From Octopus vulgaris (Eukaryota), in assembly GCA_951406725.2 (NCBI GenBank), contig OX597838.1, positions 19,902,001 through 19,966,000 on the forward strand: a DNA stretch of 64,000 nucleotides. Direction: 5' to 3'. The position numbers and the translations under genes were made by a program. The notes under the pieces were generated by a model. It saw only the letters and a list, made by a program, of their open reading frames with translations, did not search any database and was not told where the DNA came from. Of this stretch, positions 37,190 through 50,012 are shown piece by piece (position 1 is the stretch's first letter; every line of letters begins with the position of its first letter).

Positions 37190-37390
37190 TTAAAGACCTA
37201 ATTCATGCTCTGTGAAAAAGATTTCAAGCTGAAATTGTAACATCACTATAAAGTTATGAAGTTACAACTTCGCAGTTTTGTTCGCTGCATTCAAACAAGG
37301 GTTGCTTATGTAGAAAATCTTATTTTATATAGAGAGGTTTTGTGTGATAGCATCTTAATAAAGTTTGCTGTTCTGGTTCTTGTTTTATAG

Positions 37391-37526
37391 GCAATGTCAT
37401 GATTTGCTGAGCCAAGCCCAATACCATGTGGCCAGAGCACGACAGATCGATGAACAGGAGAAGGAAGTTAGGAAACAACAGGAACAAGCCAGGGAAGCCC
37501 TTCACCAGAAACAGCAACAGATCATT
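37391..37526 (+). CDS. CTR9: CTR9 exon 20
   Basis: [45 protein letters not shown]|gtaagt. Confidence 0.95.
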
Positions 37527-37554
37527 GTAAGTTTCTCGCATCTTGCACTTGTTA

Positions 37555-37915
37555 TTATTACCTTTGCCTTAGCGAAGGTGGAGGTATTGTTTTCAGTCGT
37601 GTTTGTTTGTTTGTTTGTCTGTGGACAAGATATCTCAAGAACTGCTGGATGGATTCAGATGAAACTTGCAGGGATGTTTGGCCTCGTGACTGGCATAAAC
37701 TGATTAGATTTCGGGATCAATCCGGTACCGGACAAGGATTCTGGATTATTTTTCCCTTTTTTTTTTTTTTACTTAATTTTTGAGAGCAGTAGAGTTCACT
37801 TACAGTACTCTCGTTTATCGGAGCAGTCAAGTTTATTTCAGATATTCTCATTTTCAAAAATCCTCTCTGGACGTTGGTGTTGCCTTGGCAGAGGTTGGCG
37901 CTCTCTGAGTGTTAT
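37555..37915 (+). mobile_element. Helentron-associated (HINE/DINE-like) element
   Basis: Sub-terminal IR ACCTTTGCC/GGCAGAGGT, (GTTT)n, terminal hairpin GGCGCTC-TCT-GAGTGTT. Confidence 0.6.
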
Positions 37916-38741
37916 TATCATTATTATTATTGAAGGCAGTGAGCTGGCAGGCTCAGAAAAGAAATGCTCTATGGCATTTCTTCTGGCTCTTTGTGTTATG
38001 AGTTCAAACGCTGCTGAGATCAACTTTGCCTTTTATTCTTTCAGGGTTAAAAAAAATAAGTGCCAGTTTGAGCTGTGGGGTTGATGTAATCGACTAGCCC
38101 CCATTCTCCTGCAAAATTTCAGCCTTTGTACCTTTGTGTATGTGTGTGTGTGTGTGTGTATAGCTTTGTAGCTGGATGGATAGGTGTAAGAATTGGTTTT
38201 AAGATTGAAAATGCACCTGGCTTTTAAAACAAAATATGGTGGGGGTTTTTTGTAACTATTTTACAAATTTATTAAAATATCATACCGGTTTCAACAATTT
38301 TTATTTTTCAATGGTAAATAAAAAAAAAAGTAAAAGTTTATGAGAAAATAAATGTACAGGACAAAATTCCATAGCAATAAAACAAGCTAAAAAAAACCCC
38401 AGGAAAAAACATTTTGTATTGATGATGCTAATAATGACTATGATGAAATTATGACGACTATAATTACTACGATGAGGAAATGTCTATATTCCTCTCTTTG
38501 TTGTACATTGCCAAGTGCTGCACATTTATACTGCAGCATAGTTGTGCGCTTAACCATTCCCTCAGTTTTATTTCTCAACACCTTGTTTCCCCCTCCCCCA
38601 CCATTCTCTCTCTCTTCCTTTCACTATCTATGATTTTTTGTATTGTTTTACTATCTCGCTCACTCTGTGTCTGTGTATTTATCTTTCCCCTCATACTCTG
38701 GCTCTGTCAATAACTAATTCTCTCTGTCCTATTTTTTCAAG

Positions 38742-38870
38742 ATGGAAAGGCAGAAAGAGAAAGAAGAAAAGGAGAGACGTCTAGCAGAACAGCGTGCTGT
38801 TATTGTACAGAAGGCCAAGAAACTGGCTCAAGAGGTTGAAGCAGCCGAGGAGGAGAAACCCAAACGCAAG
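38742..38870 (+). CDS. CTR9: CTR9 exon 21
   Basis: ttttcaag|MERQKEKEEKERRLAEQRAVIVQKAKKLAQEVEAAEEEKPKRK|gtaagt; coiled-coil region in frame. Confidence 0.9.
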
Positions 38871-39237
38871 GTAAGTATGCCTTTGGTGTGTGTGTGTGTG
38901 TGTGTGTGTGGTTAGAAGTTTGCTTCCCAACCGCACATGGTTTCGGGTTCAGTCCCACTACATGGCACCTTGGGCAAGTGTCTTTTACAATAGCCCCAGG
39001 TTGGTCAAAGACTGAGAATGGGGAAGAGAACTTGGTAGATGGAAACTGAAAGAAGCCTGTTGTGTTTCCTTGTCTTTGCATCAAATGGTAGTTGTAAAAT
39101 GATTGTTATTGTCATACAACCAGTGGTGTTAATTCGCAGTATTCAGCAAAACCATTTCTGAACACGGGGAAATATTACCTTACAAGTGAATGTTGGCAAC
39201 AGGAAGGGCATCTGACTGTAGAAAGTTTTCCTCAATA

Positions 39238-39710
39238 GACTCTGCCCCAATTCTCACACCCAGTTAAATTAGGGCTAGCTGTGGGTCCCTGCCCAGTCTT
39301 CGTATACCATGTGAATAAATACGCATAACATTTGACAGAATAATCTGAATGCTAAAGGGTTAAGTTGGCCAAATTAAGGCCAGCTATGAGTATCTCCCCT
39401 TATTCTCAAACCCGACCAAATACTCACAAAACAAAATTAAGGCCAGCATTGAGTCTCTCCCAACCCTCATACCCACCTAAATTAAGACCAGCTGTGGGTC
39501 TCTGCCCCAATTTTCACACCTAACTAAATTAAGACCAGCTGTGGGTCTCTGCCCCAATTTTCACACCTAACTAAATTAAGGCCAGCTGTGGGTCTCTGCC
39601 CCAATTTTCACACCTAACTAAATTAAGACCAGCTGTGGGTCTCTGCCCCAATTCTTACCCAGTTAAATTAGGGCTAGCTGTGGGTCCCTGCCCAGTCTTC
39701 GTATACCATT
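39238..39710. repeat. 47-bp minisatellite upstream of CTR9 exon 22
   Basis: GCTGTGGGTCTCTGCCCCAATTTTCACACCTAACTAAATTAAGACCA at 39491, 39538, 39585, 39632, with diverged flanking units. Confidence 0.9.
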
Positions 39711-39759
39711 TAATAGGAGGATGAATCTTTTAAAAATATATTTTATTTTTTTTTTACAG

Positions 39760-39905
39760 AAGAAGAAATATGACGATGACATAGTGACAGATGGTTCCGG
39801 TGATGAAATGCCACGTAAGAAGAAGAAGCGTAAGGGTGGTGGCAGTGGATCAGAAGAGATGGGATCTGATGGCGAAATGAAGAAGAAGGTGAAACGAAAG
39901 AGAAG
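39760..39905 (+). CDS. CTR9: CTR9 exon 22
   Basis: KKKYDDDIVTDGSGDEMPRKKKKRKGGGSGSEE...KRKR; basic NLS-like region as in CTR9. Confidence 0.88.
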
Positions 39906-42633
39906 GTTGGTGATTATTATGATGATGATGTTGAATAAGTTACATTGCATGTCATCTGTGATGCTAGTGATGTTGACAGACGAGGTTGACAATTGATGTA
40001 GCAGTGATAGGCATGACTGAAAGATGGTGGGAATCAGACATAAATAAGGTTAATGGGGAGGTAGTAAGATTGACGACAGTGATGGACAAAGTTGTTTATC
40101 TGATGATGATGAGGGTGGGGTTATGGTGACAACACTGTATAACATTTTTTTGTGTGTGTATGTGTGTCAGTAAGTGCTTTTTCTATTCCCTTCAAACTTT
40201 GCTTTTCTGACCTGGACATCAATGTTTTGAAACAGACTTATTTTCCATTACATCTGAGACAGATTCAGCACAGAGTTGCTGAAGCAGAAATATCGTTATG
40301 GCAAATATTCTGCTCAATGCCACAGATTTGCTTGTCAGTTGCTTGAACTTAACCACTTGAGCAAGTCTGTTGGTGACTGACAGTGGCATCTCTGATGATG
40401 AGTAGGAGTAGTGAGGGAGTATCATAGCCATGTGTTGAGAGGGATTCTTTGGGGTTTGAGTAAATGTAACAAAAGCAAAGTTTGAAGGAAATATTAACCA
40501 TAGGCGCAGGAGTGGCTGTGTGGTAAGTAGCTTGTCTACCAACCACATGGTTCCGGGTTCAGTCCCACTGCGCGGCACCTTGGGCTTCTACTATAGCCTC
40601 GGGCCGACCAAAGCCTTGTGAGTGGATTTGGTAGCGAGTGGATCTGGTGTGTTTATGTCCCCTGTTACTTAGCGGTTCGGCAAAAGAGACCGATAGAAAA
40701 AGTACTGGGCTTACAAAAAGAATAAGTCCCGGGGTCGAGTTGCTTGATTAAAGGCAGTGCTCCAGCATGGCCGCAGTCAAATGACTGAAACAACTAAAGA
40801 GTATTTCTCATACTTTCTAGGAGTAGGCAAATAGGAAATAACGGTTGCTACCTCAGGATAATAATCGTATTACACAGTGTAACCAAAGCTGGCAAAAGTT
40901 ATGATAAGAATAATCTTTTCTACTCTTAAGCACAAAGCCCAAAATGTTTGGGGAGGGGGCCAGTCAATTAGATTGACCCCAGTATGCAACTGGTATATAA
41001 TTTATCAACCCTGAAAGGATGAAAGGCAAAGTCGACCCTGGCGAAATTCGAACTCAAAACCTAATGGCAGATGAACTACCGCTAAGCATTTCGCCTGCCA
41101 TGCTAACAATTCTGCTAGCTCGACGCCTTGTTATGATTAAACCTTTCATTACGGTATTTATTTTGAGATGCTCTGTGTTTCTTTCAATTACTTTAAATAT
41201 AACAAAGAATTTAGTAAAATAACTTAGTTATCATTAAGCTAGTGTTAGGAACATAAATTGTGACTAAGGTTTGGTGGAAGATTTTAATTCAAAACTTATG
41301 AAAACAAGACATTTGTACTACAGAGCCAGAGATGGTTTCAGCTGGGTTGGTATCAAAAGGGTTAAGAATAATGACAATGGCAACATTAATTCATTTGTTT
41401 TTCTCTTAAATATGTAAAAATATATGTATGAGGGGTTTCGACTATCTCAGTGTCTCACACCAATGAGAAATAGTACAAAATGGCAGACAATCCCTCTTTG
41501 TTTCTCCCTTTTGTCATCCAAGGATGAGATATATATATATATTTTATCAACCAGCAGAGGTTATCTCTTTCTAAATACTTGAGGAAGATTGTTAATGGAG
41601 CAAGTTTTGATATGGCCAGTCATCTGGATATCCTGTTTGACCCTTTAGCATTCGAACTGACCATTTGCAGTCCAAATATTCTCCTCGTTTTATATTCAAA
41701 CCAGCCAAATCCAGCTTCTCACACCTACCCTACAATGTCAGCCTAAAAGTAAACAATCACATCATCGAAATCCTGAAGCTACAAGATAATACATTATTAA
41801 TTCACAACAATGTAAATAAACAAGTAGGGGTTGGCATTAGGAAGGGCATCCAGCTGTATAAACATTGTCAGATCAGATTGGAGCGTGGTGCAGCCTCCCG
41901 CCTTGCCAGACCTCAGTCAAACCGTCCAACACATGCCAGCATGGAAAGCGGATGTTGATGATGTATTTGACAGATAAATACTAAAAGCTGAAGGGTTTAA
42001 TGAGTCTTGTAGTATGATGTGATCAGACATAGTAAGTAGTACCAGATCGACAGCTTGCATGCATGGGCCTTACTTTATATGTTAACACCCACATTGTGGT
42101 ATGGTCTAAGATCCACTTTATTGTACATGTGCTAAAAGCTTCTTAATGATAGGCACAGGCATGGTTGTGTGGTAGAAAAACTTGCTTCCCAACCACGTGG
42201 TTCCAGGTTCAGTCCCACTGCTTGGCACCTTGGGCAAGTGTCTTCTATAGCCTCAGGCCAACCAAAACCTCGTGAGTGTATTTGGTAGGCAGAAACTGAA
42301 AGAAGCCCGTCATATATATGTGTGTGTGTGTATTTGTGTCTGGTTGTCCCCTCCCCCCATCATTGCTTGACAACCAGTGTTGGTGTGTTTACATCCCTGT
42401 AACTTAGCAGTTTGACAAAAGAGATCAATAGAATAAGTACTAGACTCAAGGAAAAAAGTCCTGGGGTTGATTTGTTCAACTGAAACAAGTAAAATAATAA
42501 AAGAACATACATACTAATACCTACTTTATGAAATGTGTAACCTGTGCCTCCACAATGTGATGTGATAGAAATTGGTGGAGGCAGCTCAGTGAGTATTTCT
42601 CCCCTAAATTGTCCTAACTTTCTTTGATTTCAG

Positions 42634-42816
42634 GCCACCGAAAGAGCCGCGTCAGCGAAAACCCCGCCAAACGAAGGACTCGAGAAAGAAACCCCGATTG
42701 GACGAGGATGATGGCTTGACAGCTAAACAGAGGCGTAAAGTTGTGTCGAAGGCACTTATCTCCTCAAGTGAAGGCAGCGATTCTGATGATGGAGAAAAAC
42801 TACAGATTGACGAAAA
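42634..42816 (+). CDS. CTR9: CTR9 exon 23
   Basis: PPKEPRQ...KVVSKALISSSEGSDSDDGEKLQIDE (cf. human [25 protein letters not shown]). Confidence 0.92.
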
Positions 42817-43163
42817 GTTAGTATCTGTCTCCATTTATTATATATATACACTTGGTGTTTTTTCTTTGATGTCTTAAAATTTTATGTTGGAAGTTTTTAG
42901 CTTCTCTGTCTCTCCTCTCTGCCTGTCCATGTGAACTAGATTAGCATTAATCAGGTTACCCACGAAAGGTTAGTATCTGTCTCCATTTATTATATATAGG
43001 CGCAGGAGTGGCTGTGTGGTAAGTAGCTTGCTAACCAACCACATGGTTCCGGGTTCAATCCCACTGCGTGGCAACTTGGGCAAGTGTCTTCTGCTATAGC
43101 CTCAGGCCGACCAAAGCCTTGTGAGTGGATTTGGTAGACGGAAACTGAAAGAAGCCTGTCATA

Positions 43164-43194
<31 letters not shown>

Positions 43195-43804
43195 GTGTGT
43201 ATATGTTTGTGTGTCTGTGTTTGTCCCTCTAGCATTGCTTGACAACCGATGCTGGTGTGTTTACGTCCTCGTAACTTAGCGGTTCAGCAAAAGAGACCGA
43301 TAGAATAAGTACTGGGCTTACAAAGAATAAGTCCCAGGGTCAATTTGCTCGACTAAAGGCAGTGCTCCAGCATGGCCACAGTCAAATGACTGAAATGAGT
43401 AAAAGAGTATACTCTTGATGGTTTTCTTTGATGTTTTAAAAATTATGTGCGACGTTTTTAGCTTCTTTTTATCTCTCCTCTCTACCTATCCATGTGAACG
43501 AGATTAGTATTAATCAAGTTTTCCCAATCTAAACTTAAGTATTAATTGAACCAGTGACTGTCATCACTGTGTCACTTGTCATGCTGGAATTAACAGCAAA
43601 ATCTCCCTAAAACTTAAAACATCTTAAAAATAGAAAAGGACCAGTAGATTATATAGTCTTAGATATATGCTTAAAAAGAAGGAATGGTCATTGATGTCCG
43701 TTTGATCAAAACTGAGTAGAACTTACAGTTCTAGATTTAAGACATGAGTAATTATGTACCTTATTTACATTCGACAGATATTTGTCCTCATCTTGTTTGT
43801 TGTT

Positions 43805-43850
43805 AACACAACATTTCGGCTGATATACCCTCCAGCCTTCTTCAGGTGTC
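43805..43850 (-). ncRNA. Minimal type I hammerhead ribozyme-like motif (Penelope-type)
   Basis: Minus strand GACAC-CUGAAGA-A-GGCUG-(10 nt)-CAGCC-GAAA-UGUU-GUGUU. Confidence 0.6.
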
Positions 43851-44700
43851 TTACCATGCTGGCATGGGTTGAACTGTTTGACCATAGCTGGTAAGGCCAG
43901 GGGCCGCACCAAACTCAATTGTCTCTTCTGGCATGGTTTCTATGCCTGGATGCCCTTTCTAATGCCAACCACTTTACAGTGTATATTGAGTGCGTTTTAT
44001 GTGCCACCCAATATGTGTGCTTTTAAACCATTAATGCATAGCGTCCAGAAAAATGGTCACAGAAAAATTTACTGTTGCTTGTTAAGTAAACTACCTATTG
44101 AGCTTATTTTGGGTATGGTCTGCCTCTAAACTAGTGCTCTATGAGTGAGCAGGAGCTACATACAAACAAACCAACTATACACATGTATGAAACAATAGAA
44201 ATTTTTCCTACATTCATTTTTCTGGACACTTTGCATTAATGGGTTAATGTGGTAGCAGCCACATAGCAGTAATGAATTATTTGCGGCGAGCTGGCAGAAA
44301 CGGTAGCACGCCGGGCGAAACGCGAAGCCGTATTTCATCTGCCGTTACGTTCTGAGTTCAAATTCCGCCGAGGTCAACTTTGCCTTTCATCCTTTCGGGG
44401 GTCGATAAATTAAGTACCACTTACGCACTAGGGTCGATGTAATCGACTTAATACCTATGTCTGTCCTTGTTTGTCCCCTCTATGTTTAGCCCCTTGTGGG
44501 TAGTAATGAATTATTTGTACAGAGATGCAGTGTGACTGTAGACAGGTTCTCTCTACATCCTGGTCTGTTTCTGTATTCCTGCAAGTACTGCAGAGGTGTT
44601 GATGTGTGGCATGGTGGTGCTGTGTGAGTTTTGCCTGAATTGTTTCAGTGTTTGGCTTGTGTTGTATCTGATGGTCAACTTGTTCCTTTCTTTCTTTCAG

Positions 44701-45205
44701 GGGAGATGGCAGCAATGATGACGACAGCAGCACCGAAGGCAGGTCGAAACAGCGTATCTTGTCTTCTGGTAGCGACAGCGACGATGGACCCTCAACATCG
44801 AAGGGAGCCCGTGGTAGAGTGAGGTCCGAAAGTGATAGCGACGATGACGGCGGCGGCCGCAGTGCCCGCAGGAGCCAGAGCGGCAGCGGCAGCAATCGCA
44901 GCGGCAGCAGTTCTGACAGTGATGTTGGCGGCCGTCGAGCCGGGCGTGGACGCGTCCGTCGCCCGAAGCAGAAACGGAAGAGGAACAGTAGCAGTAGCAG
45001 CGGTAGTGGAGACGGCGGTGGCAGGTCATCTGGTGCTGAGAGTGGCGGCGGCGGCGGCAGTGGCAGTGAGGGCGGCGGCGGTGGTAGCCCTGCGGCTACA
45101 TCTCCTCGTGCAGGAGGAGACAGTGGAAGTGAGGCTGGAAGTGCTAGCCCATCAGGTGGTGCTGCTAACAGCAAGGGAAGCAACTCTGATGATGATTCGG
45201 ATTGA
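44701..45205 (+). CDS. CTR9: CTR9 exon 24 (last coding exon, Ser/Gly/Asp-rich tail)
   Basis: tttctttcag acceptor, in frame to ...NSDDDSD-TGA; the human protein ends GSDDSD; total CDS 3543 nt = 1180 aa. Confidence 0.92.
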
Positions 45206-47980
45206 GTTGTGTCCCTTGTTATCCTCTCCTTCCACTCTCCCCCTCTCTCTTTCTTTCACCTCAGACTAAGAAATTCGCCTCATTTATCTTGCATCTACTG
45301 TTTTAATCACAGCTCTGTAAATCTGCCTTCTCCTCTCTTCCCCCCCTAAAGAAATATATAAACTGTATACTGTGGGGGCCCTCAAACCTCCACCTTCCAT
45401 ATTACTTCTCATTCCCCTCCATTCACAGACGCACACACATCTATGTAGATGCATATATTGATATATATATATATATACACACTCACACGTTTAACATAGA
45501 TGCATAATATCAAAGTGCATTCACCTACAAGTGCACCACACACACACACATACATATATATATGTGTGTGTGTGTGTTTGATTCTGGTAATTCCGTCTCA
45601 TTGTTATTCAGCTTCACACACAATGCACTCTTTCAGATGACAAGATAACATACTCCACAAGCATGTATTGAGTACTTTATTTGTTGTTTGTAAAACAAAG
45701 TGTGTGAGTGTGTAGAGAGAGAAAGAGCAGTCATGGGCCACATGTGACAAGGAGGACTTTCTGAATGTCGAGCCTAAAGATAAAAATTGCCTCGAATTTA
45801 TTGTGTGGCTCACCTGATGTTGAGTCATGTCTCCTGCGGCCCACTGATTTTCCCCCGTGCCTAGTGTAGATAAAATGTCTGTCTATCACTTTTTATGACT
45901 ACTTGTGGTTGTTGTCAGCTCCTGCATAATTACTATGCTCAGTCGTGACATAGACCAGGCAGACTTGCCTTGTGTTTAAACTGAAAAACCAATTCAATCT
46001 AACAGTGCAGTGAATGGGACCCTACAGGAAAAGCATTCATCTTAACAGTGGACTGCTTTAAAAGGTGAAACAACTAGGTTAGTTGCTCTATGTATGGGTT
46101 TGTGTGCGTGTGTGAATGAATCTATATATATATGTGTGTATGTTCAGTTGTGGTAAATGAATGAGAGAAAAGTACTTAATAAATGTTGCGGAGTATGGCT
46201 TATCATATAAGATGATACTTTTTAGTTCTTAAATATAACAAAAGGTTGCTGTGTGTTTAGTGTGACTGTATTATAGATGTATATAAGTGTTTGTGTGTAA
46301 TGAAACATTAAATTTGTCTTTTTTCCTCGAACTATATTTGTAAAGTAGGGGGTGCATCTTATATGCTGGTAAGTAGTACTGAAAATGAGTTTTTATTGTC
46401 CAAGTCTGGTTTCACACCTTGGTGATGTTTGGGTAAGAATTTACTAGTTCTTGCCCAAAAGAGCACATTCTAGTGTGAAACCTGAGTTGAAAGATAAAAA
46501 TTTGGTTTTAATTCATTCATTCGGAAGGGCATCCAGCTGTAGAAACCATACAGAAACAGACAACTAGAGCCCAGTGCAGCCCATGCTTGCATGGAAAAAC
46601 GGACGTTAAATAATGGTACTGGCATTCCATCAGTTACGACGACGAGGGTTTCAGTTGATCCGATCGACGGAACAGCCTGCTCGTGAAATTTACATGCAAG
46701 TGGCTGAGCACTCCACAGACACGCGTACCCTTAACGTTGTTCTCGGGGAGATTCAGCATGACACAGAGTGTGACATGGCTGGCCCTTTGAAATATAGGTA
46801 CTACTCATTTTTTGCCAGCTGAGTGTACTGGAGCAACGTGAAATAAGTGTCTGGCTCAGGGACACAGCACGCTACCAGGAATTGAACTCACTGTGTGTGT
46901 GGTTGAAATATGTAAACGCACATATGCAAAGAGAGAAAGAAAAGGAGTGAAAATCAACAATATAGATGTATAAGATAATACACATAAACACTGTATATCT
47001 ATGTGCTTGTGTCATCTCATAAATAAAATATATTTACATGATTTTATTTTTTATATGCACACAAGTACATGTAAGTATATAATCTTATATATACCATCAC
47101 TCAAACATACACATCTATTTTCAGTGCACACATCATTTTATATATATATATCTGTAATAATAAAGGGTAAAATTAATTAATAATTAATAATTTTACCAAG
47201 TAGTTTGGTATGTTAAAAGAACCATTATCGGTAAACTTAAACAAAAATTTTTATAATTATGAGTATAATTATAATTAGGGTTCAGCAAAAAATTTGCTTC
47301 ACCACATACCGAAATAACAGTTAAAACTAGCTATTTCTCTACCATAAGAAAATCTCCCAGACAACAATATTCTTATGGTAGAGAAATAGCTAGTTTTAAC
47401 TGCTATTTCTAAATTTTGGTATGTGGTGAAGCAAATTTTTTGCAGAACCCTAATTATAATTATACTCATAATTATAAAGATTTTTGTATATATATCTGTA
47501 TATGTAATATATGGCTACACAGACATACATACACATCTATGTATTTATGCTTTCATATTCTCTTCACCAAAAATAAACTGGATTGGATTTTTTTTTAACC
47601 AAAAATTTTAGTACTTTACAAAGTGGACTTCAAAAAAAATTTTATAAGTGTATCTCTCTCTCTCTCTCCACACACACAATGCTAACACAAAGTAAGAAAC
47701 AGTATTGACTCATAAACTGTTTTAATATACTTTGTAGTATATGATGGTTGTAAGAAGAAATACCATGTCACTACCAGCAGTTTATATATATAATATGTGT
47801 GTGTGTATGTATTAATTGATTATGGAGTAGAATGTGTGTTTGTGAATGAGTGTGTGAGTTAGGATGGAGTGTAAGGTGCTGCTATTAATCTTCTTTTTCT
47901 CCATCAAACCAACCCAACCATTCACCCTCCCATTCCCTGTGTTTGAACATTTTTAACAAAAATATTCCATTTATATATTA

Positions 47981-48017
47981 AATAAATTTGATGCCAAAAA
48001 GTCAAAAAAAAAATAAA
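47981..48017 (+). promoter_or_regulatory. Candidate distal CTR9 polyadenylation signals
   Basis: AATAAA at 47981 and 48012 followed by a T/GT-rich tract; proximal alternatives AATAAA 46178 and ATTAAA 46307. Confidence 0.4.
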
Positions 48018-48077
48018 GTGATTTCATCTATTTTTATCTGTTGTGTCTTTTAATACTGAAATTAAGCTGTGACTTAG

Positions 48078-49970
48078 TAGCGGTTTGGTAAAAGAGACTG
48101 ATAGAATAAGTACTAGGCTTACAAAGAATGCGTCCTGGGGTTGATTTGCTCGACTAAAGGTGGTGCTCCAGCATGGCCACAGTCACATGACTGAAACAAG
48201 TAAAAGTGTAAAAGAGTATGTCCCTTCTTTCAGAATTTCTGGCATTGGGTCAAAATTTAAAACCATTATATGAGTGTGATGATGATGGTGGTGGTGGTTG
48301 TAAAACTGGTTGAGTGCTACACTTCTCTTCTGGGATCAAATACTGGAGCTGGTGCATTTCTGTACCAGCACCTGCAATTCTAGCATCCAATTCGCCTCCT
48401 GATTCCCATCTCTGCATTGAGAGGTTACAGCTCCAGTACTATGGACATGTAATTAGAATGTCACAGGAAAGCTAAGCTAACCAGTAGGAGACCTAGAGGC
48501 AGACCAGAAAATAGACGAACGGATAATATCCGTAGACCCAGTTGGTCACACTTGGGAACCCTGCTGGAAGGTATAATGCTGGTTGCTTTTGATAGGATCC
48601 TATGGAAGAGGTGTCTGCCCCCCATGACCTTCCCAAGAATAACGGGAGTACTTATTCTATCAGTACTAGTACTTATTCTATCAGTCTCTTTGTTTGAATC
48701 GCGGGGATGTTATTTAACCCTTTCGTTACCAACCTGGCTGAAACCGGCTCTAGATCTGAATACAAATGTTTTGTTTTCATAAGTTTTGAATTAAAATCTT
48801 CCACTAAATCTTAGTTAAAATTTATGTTCCTCACACTGAATGATAACTAAGTTTTTTTACTAAATTCTTTGTTATATTTAAAATTGAAAGAAACACAGAG
48901 CATCTCAAAATAAATGCAGTAACAAAAGGGTTAAGGCAGCAAGCTGGCAGAATGAAAGGCATGCTAGGGGCAAAATGCTTTGTGGAATTTCGCCCAATCT
49001 TTACATTCTGAGTTCCAATTCTGCCGAGGCCAGCTTTGCCTTTCATTCTTTCAAGGTCAATTAAACAAGTACCAGTTGAATACTGGGGTTAATGTAATCA
49101 AGTAGCACCCTCCCCACAAATTTCAGGCCTCGTGCCTTAATAATAATAATAATAATAATTAACTCTTATTGGCCACAAGGGCTAATTTAGATCAAAACAT
49201 TAAAGGACAACAGCTCGAAATTGTGTCCACACAGATAAATCTATGGTGGGGGTGGGGTCTATTTACTTTTGAGACATCGTGAAGTAAAATGTTTTGCTCA
49301 AGAACACAACACACAGCCCGGTCTGGGATTCGAACTCACAACCTCACGGTCGTAAGCTCGATGTGCTAACCACTGAGCCATGCGCCTTCACTGGTCAAGA
49401 ACCACTGATGTATTAATAGAAGCTTCTTCATTGATTCAAGCTCACAAATCTGTGCCTCTCATGCCATTTTATTCTGGAATTGCGTTTACAGCATGGATAA
49501 GCAATTTTGAAGGAGGGGTATTAGTCAATACAAACTTATCTGACTGGTGCTTTATCAAACTCAAAGGGATGAATGACCTTGGTGGGATCTGAATTCAGAA
49601 TAGAAGAACTAAACTGACAATCAATCGGTTACGACGACGAGTATTCCAGTTGATCCAATCAATGGAACAGCCTGCTCATCAAATTAACACATAAGTGGCT
49701 GAGGACTCCACAGACGTGTGTACCCATAACGTATTCAACATTGCACACAATGAAATACAGGTACATATCTTTTTTTCTTTTTTTTTTGCCAGATAGGTGC
49801 AGGAGTGGCTGTGTGGTAAGTAGCTTGCTAACCAACCACATGGTTCCGGGTTCAGTCCCACTGCGTGGCATCTTGGGCAAGTGTCTTCTGCTATAACCTC
49901 GGACCGACCAATGCCTTGTGAGTGGATTTGGTAGACGGAAACTGAAAGAAGCCTGTCATATATATGTATG

Positions 49971-50012
<42 letters not shown>

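Noticed and set aside
44455-45269. 242-aa antisense ORF and 145-aa Ala/Val-rich alternative-frame ORF
   Set aside because: Expected shadows of the GC-rich low-complexity CTR9 last exon
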